Shown here one piece after another: positions 48,883 through 62,018 of a stretch of 64,000 bases of DNA. The stretch is from the NCBI RefSeq assembly GCF_031769215.1, contig NW_026781915.1:496001-560000 (forward strand). Direction: 5' to 3'. Origin of the DNA: Ylistrum balloti. Its lineage: Eukaryota. Under the pieces are notes generated by a model. The model saw only the letters and a program-made list of their open reading frames with translations, was not told the DNA's origin and ran no database searches. Every line of letters starts with the position of its first letter. The first letter of the stretch is position 1. A program made the translations under genes and the position numbers.

Positions 48883-51352
48883 ATGCATATCATACAGGTA
48901 TGTTCCATCTTCACAGTATGGTTGGCTTGCCTGTGCGTGGCGTCATATTTGCTGCCGTCGATGGGAGAACTTTCTCCTGCGTTTTCCGATCTTAACATTG
49001 GCACCAAGAACATTTGTGGAGAAAATGTCCCTCCTCAGTATCCAGCCGACATCGATTTCCCATTCCATGAGGTCGTTATCCCGCCATCATTCAGACGGAA
49101 CATCCATCGTCTAGAGAGGAAGGCACTCCAGCTGAAGCACAGTGTGACGAGCTTGCTTCGTCTATATGTAAGTTTATTGTGAAAAGCATCATATTTGGTT
49201 TGGTTTTCTATGAGATCAAAATACATTTAAATGAAACATAATAATAACAATTATATGATTGTGAACAGCAAGATGACCGTATTTGACGTGAATAAAACAA
49301 TTTTGGTGCTATTTTAAGGAAGCTGAATTTATCTTAGTTCTTCCAGATGTAGATTTTTTATTTCATCCTCTGCGTATCTGCCTTTCCCTAGTTTTCCCTT
49401 GTATTTTTCATTGCCATTAACTTTCAAACAATTGAATTTTGACCGTTTTGTAAACTTTCCTCGCCTAGATAGTTTACTGTTTTTTCTCGGTTAGTATCAA
49501 TCCTACCGAATGATTAAAATCGTGAGTAATCACCACTCTCTGATATTACAGGAGGAAGACAGACTATCCAGATCTGCTGATATCGATGAGATAACATACT
49601 TTCCACCGTGTTTTCAACTCATCAACAGAACCAGTTTTGTTGTGATGTCGGAGTTGTCTCCCTTCACGGTAAGTGTAAACTGAATATTTCATTTGTACAT
49701 ATTTTGGCATTGTTTCATCTATTTTAAGTTCGAATGAAAATTTTATTCACATGTTGGCATTTTTGTATTTATATAAATACTTATTAAATGGGTTTGATAA
49801 GGACTTGAATATTCACGGGACAATAACAGATCTAACAATGGTTTATTGAAACACACGCAGTCTAACCAGATTTTATATAGTATACACAGGGAATCTAACA
49901 AGGTTTTATATAATATACCCAGAAAAACTAACAAGGTTTGATATACCCTGAGAATCTAATAAGGTTTTATATACCCTGGGAATCTAATAAGGATTAATAT
50001 ACCCTGATAATCTAATAAGGTTTTATATACCCTGATAATCTAATAAGGTTTTATATACCCTGATAATCTAATAAGGTTTTATATACTCTGATAATCTAAT
50101 AAGGTTTTGTATACCCTGATAATCTAATAAGGTTTTGTGTACCCTGATAATCTAATAAGGTTTTGTATACCCTGATAATCTAATAAGGTTTTATATACCC
50201 TGATAATCTAATAAGGATTTATATACCCTGGGAATCTAATAAGGTTTTATATACCTTGGGAATCTAATAAGGTTTTGTATACCCTGATAATCTAATAAGG
50301 TTTTATATACTCTGGGAATCTAATAAGGATTCATATCCCCTGAGAATCTAATAAGGATTCATAACGTCTAATCAAGATTTATATACTCTGGGAATCTGAT
50401 AAGGGTTTACATAATCGCACTGTTACTTTCTTTAATTAGATAAGTGACAGTGTCATTTTTCACAAAGGGCCGAGGAAGCATATATCCTGGGGAACTGGGA
50501 AAGTAGACAAGGTTTCTAAAAAGGGTTTTAAAATTATCCAGGAACGCTACGCGGGGTTTATATATTCGGGGAAAATTATGTAATTAATAAAATTCAATTT
50601 CTCTTACTTTTATTTTATTATTTCTATATAAATGTATTTCAAAATAAAAAACATAACAAAATGGCAGAAATCAGATATATGTAGTAGCATCCCAAAACAT
50701 TATTTTTTTATATTTATTGGAAAATTTAAATGTTTTAATGAAAATCAAAATTTTCGATAAACTTAATTCTAGCAAAGGTACTTTTCCTCACACCGCTGAC
50801 TTCAATTTTGTCAAGTTTTAGTAACACTTTTTTCTTTCAGTTCATGAACTTGATGTTTTTAAGGAAAACACTCGCCATACAAGTTTATTTTTCTGCTTAA
50901 CTAATGAGTCGTCTTGAACGGAAGAGAAAATTTCACTCTCGTTTCTTGAGGTTTTAATAGGATTTTAACATCTTTCTGTTATATACGCCTTTGTGTTACA
51001 GATATATCGATCACTGAAACGGGACTTTCATACTATGACAGACTTCCTTGGTATGTTGGAACTTATGAAAGAGGACGAAGCAACTTTCGAAAATTCCGAG
51101 TTAATTCTGAACTTTCTTCAGATAGAAATCAACACAAAGAGTCTTCTCTGTGAACTTTCTTTCTCCATTTCTGCCCTAGAAAGTTCCGTCCCCTCCACAG
51201 TGGTTAGGCTTCGTCTAGACAAATGGTGCGTTGCTGAGGGAGCAGACGACTGTTGGCGCTGTAACAGAGATTCCATGATACTGAGTATGATTGATAAGCT
51301 GTGTTTTACACTTCGAGATAAATACAGACACATCAGGAGAAACATATTCTAG
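48883..51352 (+). CDS. Secreted 250-aa protein, candidate long-chain four-helix cytokine, paralog B
   Basis: Exons 48883-49167, 49552-49668 and 51002-51352 (both introns phase 0; donors gtaagt) total 753 nt. The signal peptide is MHIIQVCSIFTVWLACLCVA. It shares with paralog A the motifs ICG, RNI..RL.RKA, SL..D, EI.TK.L.CE, WC, R...L.M and KY.H. Confidence 0.78.
49860..50415 (+). repeat. 28-bp minisatellite in the last intron of gene B
   Basis: About 18 copies of ataccctgataatctaataaggttttat. Confidence 0.95.
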
Positions 51353-52575
51353 TGGCGGGAAAGGTCCATCCAGATATATATATTTTTTTATTGTTGAAAG
51401 TCATTCTAAGCAAGGAACAATATACAACAATAAACTACTGGTAAATTTGAAATGGCGCTGTCTGCTGGTTAAAGTCAAGTGTATAGATCAGATCCGATTC
51501 TGGTGACAGGGTTGGAGTCATTTTAATTCTCTAAGTTACATACCTTGTACTACCCGGTTATCATTGATATTCGGGATTAAATAGATAACATTTGCGCCAA
51601 ACATTGAAGAATGTGTGTACGGGTATTTGAAAGAGTTGTTTCATTTTATTTGTCAGAGGCTCGGTTGAATTTTTGTTTTTGTTTTCTTTAATCTTGATCT
51701 CGTTTCAAATACACGTGAAATCACGTGAATGTAATTATAATCTGTATTGTAGAGTATATAAGTATTTACTATAATAATTGGCTATATAAAAGTTTGTACA
51801 ACTATTGAATGCATGTCTATATTAAATCCTTTACAACTTCAGCTTATATCTTGAAGTTTGTCTATCTATATTACATAGATTTGGACAGAAGATGGTGCAT
51901 GTAACGAGTTTACATTTATTCTACATTGAGATATTTATAAATAGAGAAAACATATCTTTACAATTTAGAACGTCTTTTGAGTCAGTTTGCTGGCTCTAAC
52001 TTAGGTTTGTTGGTTTATATTGAAGATTATACAGTATATGTGTGTCACTATTTGGTATACAGACATACACTGAATCACGTACGTGTAACTTTTGAGAATT
52101 TTCAGCATGCACAGAACGTATAACACAAATCTTAGTCATAGAATAATATTTTCAAGAAGCGTGAAACATGATGAGAACGACGGGAATATAAAAGATAGCA
52201 TCCAAGTCAAACATACTGACCAAACATCCCAAACATAATTAATGATGACATAATTCTGGAGTAAACACAGAACTGACGATGTAGCAGTGATGGTGAGCAA
52301 AGATATTACCGATAACGTTAGAAGTTTTGTAAACAAAGAATTTTAGTCTGCATGAAATTATTTGACCTGGATTATTTCCAAAACAAAAAGTGCAATTTAT
52401 TTTAAGCGATTAAGCATTTCTTATGGCAAGGAATTTAGGCAGACTTGTTTAACGACTCCTAAATACTGAACACACCAGTGCATATGTAAACTGATACTCA
52501 TGCAGAGTAGTCTCCCCTGGATGCTGAAGAAGAATTATTGCCAACAGTAATTCAAGGGTATAAGGGCATAGCAGA

Positions 52576-55500
52576 ATGGCGGAGGAACTCGAAGACTCGG
52601 ATATGGAACAGTTAACGCTGGTGGGTTTCTTTTAAAATCACTATCAATTATCATTACATGTCAGCCAAGAAATGTAAGGAAATTGTTTAGAAACAATTCA
52701 AAAACATTTGAAAATATGTGGCACAAGCAGTATGTATCAGACTACGCCTAAACAAGTGAACGGGATGCTGCGTCCACCAGCGTCAATGCTATACTGCGCA
52801 GTTGAAGCGAGGAACGACGAAGAACGATCACGTGTGCTCTTTGTTATTGTTTACATTTTATATATAGGTTATTTCTGTAAAGCACGTGCTGACTTCTGCG
52901 TACCTCACTCGTGATTTTTTTTGCTCCGTTTCATCACCAACATGTATGATTACGGCACGCTGAGTCAAGTATTAAACATCTTGACGATTTTTAGGTTTGA
53001 TCGAAGGTAACATCTACAAGAATATGTAAATGAATATAATCCCGACCAAAATAATTCACCCTTCAAATTAATAGTTAGTGGACGGGCCATAGTCCGTTTC
53101 ATTTATTTTTGGATATTCAAACAAAAATTCACTATGCATTCAGCATTGGTTTCTGACCGGTATATCGGGCCATCGTTTGGAATGACCGTGTAAGACCACG
53201 GGTGGACATTCGCTCGAGATTTTATCTTCAGTCTCGGTATCTTGTTTCAGAAAGCAACAGTGTAAACTGTAAAATCCTAGCCAGTAACACTAAACCTTTG
53301 ATGTTAGCTTCTATTACTCCGCGAACCGGCCGGGGATGAACAGTATGATCCTCGTGATGATAACATGAATGAACAGTATCTATTTGATCTCTCGGGTGAT
53401 CCACATTATATTAAAATGAGTGATACCATTCTATTACTGTAAACACTGTAGATTGTTTCGTGAAAACACCAGTGAGATAATATGATGTTAAATATCGGTG
53501 ATATAACCATTGTAATTCAGATAGAAGTAAGATCAGTGCAGACGTTGCAATCAATTAGACCTGAGAATCTGTTGAAGTCTAAGTGGAGATGGGCCTGTCC
53601 TGGTCTGTATCACAGGGGCCTGGGAATATGTTACAGTCTAAGTGGAGATGGGCCTGTCCTGGTCTGTATCACAGGGGCCTGGGAATATGTTACAGTCTAA
53701 GTGGAGATGGGCCTGTCCTGGTCTGTATCACAGGGGCCTTGGAATATGTTACAGTCTAAGTGGAGATGGGCCTGTCCTGGTCTGTATCACAGGGGCCTTG
53801 GAATATGTTACAGTCTAAGTGATGATGGACCTGTTCTGGTCTGTATCACAGGGGCCTGGAAATATGTTACTGTCTAAGTAAAGATGGGCCTGTCCTGGTT
53901 GGTTTGTATCACAGGGGCCTGGGAATCTGTTACAGTCGATCACAATAACCAGAGAATCTGTCACAGTTTAAGTGAAGATAGACTTGTCTTGATATTTATG
54001 ACAAGGATCTGATTATCCACTACACTCCAAGTGAAGCTGGGCTTATACATCACAAAGTAGGGCCACTTGTACTGAATGTCACTCTAAAATTTCTTTCTCT
54101 CACAACATTCTTATAACGAACCACTCTATTCGGCTAGACAGTCAGACAACAGATTACCAGCTACTACAAAAAAAGTCAATCTTAAATCTGAAGAGGTCCG
54201 AATCTTTCCAAAACATGCAGGAAATAAAAACTAATGACATTTTCGTCGTTTACCAACAAGTAGGAAAGCAAATTCAGGAACTTTCAGCAAACGGCTGTAT
54301 ATCTTCGTTCGTAAGTTGCTGAGCAATATGGCTGGTTGCCAAAGACGCATATTCCGGACATAAACACGGATGTATGGTAATGTGGGTTGAATATGAAAAA
54401 GAGGTCGAAGTGGTGTCCCCAAATCAAAGCCGGCACCATATGTATCTCCGAAACAAGTGACGTTTTGTTTACAAATAACTTTACAGAACGCGAAAAAGTG
54501 AAGTGCGCGCGGGTATGCATTCATTGTATATAAACTTGTACACGGGCACGTACAGACCAGTGTATGTAGACTGCTGTAGTAGACGGTAGTAGATAGATAC
54601 AGGCATGCTGTCTTCAGATCTGTACCATGTGAGTACTATACTCAATCCATTTTTGTTTTTTTTTTATTTATATAATTTTTTTTAAAATTTTTGCTTTTTC
54701 AAAAAAGAGTTTTCAAAACGATATTATGTTTGTTAGATGTGTCAGATATATAATTCACAAAATCTTCGATTTAACAGTGATCGTACAGTGTATTACGGAA
54801 TCTATTGCGTTATACATACATGTTCGACACGTTCATAAGCATCAGTAGAACTCGGATTTCTTGTTCTCTCCTTCATCAACTACTGAAATCCGTTAACAAT
54901 GCAAACGGTAAAGGTTTACCCATATAGTAACTAACCTTCACTTCTAGCAAAACAGTAACTAACCATGACCTCTACCAGTACAGTACTTAACCCTCAGTTC
55001 TACCAGTACAGTAACTAACCTTCACATCTACTAGTACAGTAACTAACCCTCACTTCTACCAGTACAGTAACTAACCCTCACTTCTACCAGTACAGTAACT
55101 AACCCTCACTTCTGCCAGTACAGAAACTAACCTTCACTTCTACCAGTACAGTAACTAACCCTCACTTCTACCAGTACAGTAACTAACCCTCACTTCTACC
55201 AGTACAGTAACTAACCCTCACTTCTACCAGTACAGTAACTAACCTTCACTTCTACCAGTACAGTAACTAACCTTCACTTCTACCAGTACAGTAACTAACC
55301 CTCACTTCTACCAGTACAGTAACTAACCCTCACTTCTACCAGTACAGTAACTAACCTTCACTTCTACCGGTACAGTAACTAACCCTCACTTCTACCAGTA
55401 CAGTAACTAACCATGACCTCTACCAGTACAGTAACTAACCCTCACTTCTGCCAGTACAGTAACTAACCTTCACTTCTACCGGTACAGTAACTAACCCTCA

Positions 55501-58116
55501 CTTCTACCAGTACAGTACTTAACCCTCAGTTCTACCAGTTCAGTACTTAACCCCCAGTTCCACCAGTTCAGTAACTAACCCTAATTTATATCAGTACAGT
55601 AACTAACCCTCACTTCTACCAGTACAGTACCTAACCCTCACTTCTACCAGTACAGTAACTAACCCTCACTTCTACCAGTACAGTAACTAACCTTCACTTC
55701 TACAAGTACTGTAACTAACCTTCACTTCTACCAGTACAGTAACTAACCCTCACTTCTACCAGTACAGTAACTAACCTTCACTTCTGCCAGTACAGTAACT
55801 AACCTTCACTTCTACCAGTACAGTAACTAACTCTCACTTCTACCAGTACAGCACTTAACCCTCAGTTCCACCAGTTCAGTAACTAACCCTAATTTTTATA
55901 AGTACAGTAACTAACCCTCACTTCTACCAGTACAGTACCTAACCCTTACTTCTACCAGTCCAGTAACTACCCTTACTTCTACCAGTACACCAACTAACCC
56001 TAATTTTATCAGTACAGTAACTAACCTTCACTTCTACAAGTACTGTAACTAACCTTCACTTCTACCAGTACAGTAACTAACCTTCACTTCTACCAGTACA
56101 GTAACTAACCCTCACTTCTACAGGAATTCACTTTCGCTACTATATGGACAGACACTCGTACTCTCTTACACCTTCATAACATTTACCCTCATAGTAACTC
56201 ACGCTCACTTTCCCTCACTTGTTACTGTCATCACTCCTCCCCATTGTAACTTAACATCGCTGCTTCCTTAACGTAACTCACCCCCATTTCTTCCCCATTG
56301 TAACTAACCGTACCGTCATTCATCCTTACTTCTACCAGTACAGTAATTCACACACATACATTTCTATCCTCTATTCAACTCACCAGTATGTTTACCAATT
56401 CATTTACTCACTATTAGTCCTACCAGCACAGTATACCGTCGTCTTTTCCATTTTATCAGTAACTTATCATATCTCCATCATGTTCCTCCAGCACGAAAAT
56501 TAGTCATGATCTTGGCGTCAAGAATAACAATCCGTAAAGAAAGGACCCCGTCTGATAAAAACATGCATTTGACACGGTACCTGGCCCCTAGGTGTACACC
56601 GAGATATGTTTCGGTCAAGACGTCTGTAGCATGGCTACAAGTATTATAAAAGGCATTTGATTTGTATTATTTCCAATTTCGTCTTCTAAGAATGAAGTTA
56701 TTTAATTTCAACCTCATATACTTTCAGTATCTCCGACTTTTTGGCTTCGACAAGAATAGAGAACCGGAACTAGAGGAAGTGGAAGATGAATACGGCTGGG
56801 CTCACCTACCTGACATTCTGCTGGAGGACATCTTCGCTATGTTGACCCCCAAAGCCCGCCATCAGGCGTCGCGTGTGTGTAAATCATGGTACAAGACATT
56901 TTACTCTCCGCGCGTCTGGGAGACATTTCTTTTCGAAGAAGGAACTCTCACGAGACGACGATATAACTTGTTCAAAGGATTCACTCGTGAGTTGTGTCCA
57001 AGAAAGGCACAAAACTGTCTCAATAGTGTCGGGACGCTTTTTAAAAAGATCATTATTTGTCCGATCAGTGACTTTTATAATCTTCTTTTCTTGGGTGTCC
57101 TCAGCTCATTTCTCTCGTTCTTTGAAGAATTTCCTATTCCCCTGCTGCACACTTTCCAGTTTACGTTTGCTTGCGAAAGTCGCGGTATCAATGGAAACAT
57201 GGTGTTCGGAACCGGCGGGCAAATCCTCCAAGAACTCAACACACTGATAGCCTGTATCAAGAACCTCAAAACCTTGAGTATCAATCAACTTTTGCTTGCG
57301 GAGGAGGACGTACCTGGCTTGTTTGAGGCCGCTCTTAAATACAATACCGAATCTATTCGCTTTCTTGAGATCATCAACTGTGCAAAAGCTGACACTCCAA
57401 TTCCACAATTGGCAAGATTCGATTGTCTTCAGCGTCTCACTGTGAGTAATCAGCACGTTGATGACGAGGTAGCGATCCTATTGGCGGGAACAGGGCTCTC
57501 TGACCTTCGTCTTGTTCAGGATAAGTACACGTGCGCCACAGAGCCTGTTTCAGCAGACGCCTGGCGTATCATCAAAGATATGGCACCGTTCCTTAAGGTC
57601 ACGCTAGAAATTCGTGGAAAGTGTAAAAACTCACTGTTGCTTCAGCCACATGCACCTGTGACTAGTATCGTTTACGACACGCCCTACTACAAAATTTCGC
57701 ATGCAGATGCAATGGACTTTGTCCACTTCTACAGTAAAACTCTTGAACTGTTTATCCAGAAAGGAATCCCGCGTGTCCATGGCCCCAGATCATTCCACGA
57801 AAGAGGAGATTCTTCTTTTGTAATGATGGTGAAAAATTGTCCGAAGCTCAAAACCCTCATCATCAATGAACGCATATCAACGGCAACTGTTCTCTTGCTC
57901 TCGCACGAGGGAAGGTCATTGGAGACGTTCCTCGTACGGGCAAACGCCATTATCAAGCGGTCGGACTGGCCACGCGATCGAGACTGGTCTGAGGAATTTT
58001 ACATGAAATTAAGAACTAATGCACGCTGTTATAATCGGATGGAAAACGAAGTTGCGCAGAAACACGATTGGAAATGGCGGCCTTTGACGGACAGGGAGTT
58101 TAAAAATATGATGTAA
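52576..58116 (+). CDS. F-box/LRR-type protein (FBXO39/FBXO33/FBXL3-like group)
   Basis: The large exon 56728-58116 follows the acceptor ctttcag| and starts with an F-box (WAHLPDILLEDIFAML...ASRVCKSW..F.SP.VW), followed by LRR-like segments (LKTLSINQL, LQRLTVS, CPKLKTLII). Two phase-0 first-exon candidates are 52576-52620 (MAEELEDSDMEQLTL) and 54215-54310. Confidence 0.88.
53530..54060 (+). repeat. 59-bp minisatellite in F-box gene intron
   Basis: aagtggagatgggcctgtcctggtctgtatcacaggggcctgggaatatgttacagtct at 53581, 53640, 53699 and 53758, with degenerate flanking copies. Confidence 0.95.
54935..56125 (+). repeat. 28-bp minisatellite (about 40 copies) in F-box gene intron
   Basis: Unit agtacagtaactaaccctcacttctacc; period 28 (for example 55145 and 55173). 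Confidence 0.97.
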
Positions 58117-59669
58117 AATATCAGGTTTGAAAGCGTCGGATTAACGAGTTCAAGTGTGGTGCAGGACATTTTTGTTTTATACATATTTTTTAATGATTTA
58201 CAAGTCAGTTTCGAATATTATATAAAAATTCATAATGACTTATTTGATGTGCCTATTCGTCCAACCGTCATACTGACCTATTTTCACACTTGTCTGCTAC
58301 AGTACTCTCGAGAGACCGTGCTGATTCACTCGTGCGAATATGGATGTTGTGATCTTTCTCTGATTTTTGCATGTTATGTTGTAAGAGATCATTTTTATGC
58401 TGGAGCCATGTTGTATTTATATTTGCCTCGTTTTGATAAAAAAAATGTCTTAAGTTGTCTTTTGAGATCAGTTTATTGAACGGCGTTAATATGTTACTTA
58501 AGAGTTGCCAGTACAGTGGTGAAAACAATCTAGAATTGACAACATTTGTGCTCTTAATGCCAAATTTTCCTGGCTGAAGTTTAAGTTACACTTTCAAATC
58601 AGTCGAAACTATGTTTGGAATGCAGCGTTAAACTTAATGGAGACATACTACCCTCTGGTATCTAAAGAGCTAATACGCCGTACATCAATCTTACTTTGGA
58701 ATTCTTTTTGGTCAGATTGGCGGTTTTACCAATTACTTCTACACCATGTTTACTGGTTCACTAAAAATGATTTTTTTTTTTACTCAACGTTTAAGTCGTA
58801 CTTAATAAAGGACTTATCCAGGACTTAGAAAATTGCTATAATTAAGTATTATGTGTACCCGATACAGGACCCGACAAAAAAAGATTTGGTTTCAAATGTA
58901 GATGGTTTTGTTTAATACATAAAGCTTTATCAATGGTGTTACCACAACAATTGATTAAGTAGAGAATGGACAGTAAATTACAGTGAATTGATGATTTTAA
59001 AGTGTTTCCTCATACACAAACTCACTAAAATTCCACTCTTTAACATTTGTAGTGCTTAAAAGCTGTTCTAGTTTAAATACCGATTTTTTACCCCTAATAG
59101 TACGAGAATAGCAAAATATGCATATGCATTCACGTCTAGCTATATTTACATAACACTGCTTCAATTCATGGGCTATGTGCTAAAAAACTCATTTTTTTTG
59201 TAAATTCATAAACAAATAGTGTTTCGATTCTATCATTCTTTATCACAAAATCGGCGAGGTTTGACTTTAAATAGATGTGGTATTATGCGCTCAATGAAGA
59301 GATTCGTTGTACTTTTCCTCGAAAGAAATAAAGATTTTGATATTTTAGAAAAGTTAAAATGATATAAATAATTAATTGACGAATGCGTGTTGAACTGATA
59401 TAAACTACACAAAGATATCAGAGAGCCTGACACACGTTCCCGATAAGAATTGCTGTTATTAGCTTTTAGTACCTAGACTCAAATTCACAAATCCTTCATT
59501 TTTTCTGTTAAAATTATAATATCACAGAAATGATCTGTACACATTTAAAACTTGGATTTCTGTCTTAGATGACAAGGAAAAAATCAACAACGCGACTGAC
59601 TGATCCGCAAGACGACGTTTTCAAAAGCTACATAATTCCTTATCATCTTTGACTGCAGTCAGCCAGACA

Positions 59670-60200
59670 TCAAGAATATCTGGAGATATGGGGAGGATAT
59701 ACTGTTATACATTATAAATATCTGGTGATATGGGGAGATGGGGAGGATATACTGTCATACATTAATATCTGGTGATATGGGGAGGATATACTGTCATACA
59801 TTAATATCTGGCGACATGGAGAGGATATACTGTCATACATTAAGAATATCTCGTGATATGTAGAGTATATACTATCATCGTTAAGAATATCTTGTGATAT
59901 GGGGAGGATATACTGTCATACATTAATAATATCTGGTGACACGGAGAGCATATACTGTCATACATAAATATCTGGCGACATGGAGAGGATATACTGTCAT
60001 ACATTAAGAATATCTGGTGATATGGATCCGATATACTGTCATACATAAAGAATATCTGGTGATATGGGAGAGGATATACTATCATACATTAATATCTGGC
60101 GACATGGAGAGGTTATACTGTCATACATTAAGAATATCTGGTGATATGGGGAGGATATACTGTCATACATTAAGAATATCTTGTTATATGGAGAGCGTAT
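59670..60200 (+). repeat. 39-42-bp minisatellite
   Basis: About 12 copies of gggaggatatactgtcatacatta(aga)atatctggtgatatg. Confidence 0.95.
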
Positions 60201-60829
60201 ACCCCGAAGTTATTTCGACTTAATGAAATTTCACCGCTCTATAATTGTTTGCGTGTTAGCGCAATGATGAATTCGTATATCCACAATAACTTATATGCGA
60301 ACAACACAACGAAGCTGAAATTAGCGCAATCATGTATTAGCTTGATACTTTCAGTGCGAAAAGAGCCAAACTAAGATGTACAACTTGGTCTCCTGTCAGA
60401 GTATCTACTAATACTTGTAAAGATAATGGCCATTCGGGTTTATATGACATTGCCATAAGCTATAAAAACTTCAGAAATTAATTCCAGCGTCGTTCAACAA
60501 TTGTGAGCGTAAGTCATTGAAACAAAAATGATAAAACACGAAGCATTGGTTCCTCCGCAGAATATATCTAAATGCGACAGGGAACGCCACAAGACGGGCC
60601 TTATCAGTGTGTGATTCGAATGATTTTCCTGCAACTATTGCCCATGCTGACGGAATACAACGCCATAGCACATTTTAATAATTTACTTCTAGGACTTGCT
60701 AGTGTCAGTGATGCTAGGTCCTAATTTTTAAAGCCTAGGAGGCCACCGAGGAAAATCCAAAGTGATAGAAATAAAATCCAAATCTAGTTTCATTAGGGAC
60801 ACCGTTACACAGATTTATACCTTTCACTT

Positions 60830-61200
60830 TTTCGGCCTGAAAAAATGACCCCACCGTCATCGATAGTAGGCTGTTCAAATCGCCTTGCGTCCGTGGTCCT
60901 TGGTCCGTCGTTAGTCCATAAACAATGGTTGTTATTTACGTATTTCTTGAGAAGCACATTGTACTGGTTTGATCTTTCTCAAATTTCATGTAAAGTACCT
61001 CCTTGGTCCCCTGTTTTGCCTTTTGATTTTGAGATTGATTTTAAAACAAAATGGCTGATAGGCGGACATTTTGAATTTCGACAATGAAATAATGTTATAG
61101 CTATTTCTAGAATTTTTGGATGGATCTTTCTCATTTTCATATATAGATTATCCTTATTCTCTGGTTGTGACCTTTTCATTCTGGGACTGATTAGAAAAAA
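60830..61200 (-). mobile_element. Pearl/HINE-like non-autonomous element in the orientation opposite to the intronic copies
   Basis: tcgccttgcgtccgtggtcc...tccgtcg, gatctttctcaaatttcatg and aaaatggctgataggcggacattttg are the reverse-orientation signatures of the family. Confidence 0.55.
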
Positions 61201-61881
61201 CAAAATGACCGTTAGATGACGATATTGAATTTAAGAGTTAAAGATCATTAGCGTTATTTTTGAAGAGGAATTTTCAAATTTCATATAATTAAACTGCAAA
61301 AACAGACGAAAGAAGAGAAATAGGAAAGTTATCACTTTAAAAAACAAACAAAGATAAAAGAAAAAAGGAGTCACTTTGATTGGGAATATTGGATATTTTA
61401 CCAAAACTAAAACTAACAACAGAATCTTCGTTTGACGGTATTGTGGTCGAACTGAGGTGTGCATTTGATGAAATTGATCTTGACTGTTAACTGATTACTA
61501 CAGACATGTTGAAAATGTCCTTCTTATGTGTATTTTCTCGTTACATTTAGATCTGTTCCCCGGCCGAATAGAATATTTTCGCTACGGTATTGATGGAGAG
61601 GTCTATACCGAAGCACCAGTTTTTACGATCTGTGTTAAACTTTCACATACCACTATGAATAGTCATCAGTTGTCGTCTCTATTTTATCATTTTTTTTACT
61701 TGAAAGTCTAATGAAATATTTGACGGACGTAAGATTTTGTCAAAGCATGCTGTTATTGAATATATCAATTTAAGATGATACTGACGACACATAAATTCAC
61801 TTGAACATTCTTTGACATCCGGAATTTCTTCTGTTCCGTTCCGACTCCATTTTATTTATTAGTCACCTACCGGTAAAAATA

Positions 61882-62018
61882 ATGGCGGGCACCTCATGTT
61901 CTTGGGAAAATATGAGATGGTATTGCCGTTCAGTGTTGGAAGATTAACGGTTACATTGCCTTGGTCAAGACTGGACAAACTACTCAAAGAAGTTTTACAC
62001 TATTATTGACTTCCCTTG
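61882..62018 (+). other. Probable first exon of an unidentified downstream gene
   Basis: It has an aaaataATGGCGG start context and a strong donor TTG|gtaagt at 62018/62019. The ATG frame is interrupted by a TAA, and no product is recognisable. Confidence 0.35.

Noticed and set aside
49860-56125. CRISPR-like arrays
   Set aside because: The repeats are head-to-tail with no unique spacers, there are no cas genes, and the context is eukaryotic introns.
56873-57956. Extra ORFs overlapping the F-box exon
   Set aside because: They are alternative-frame or antisense shadows of a long coding exon.
60690-60723. Small hairpin taggac..ctag/ctag..gtccta as a Helitron 3' end
   Set aside because: The stem is short and bulged, with no associated Rep/helicase or 5' TC terminus.
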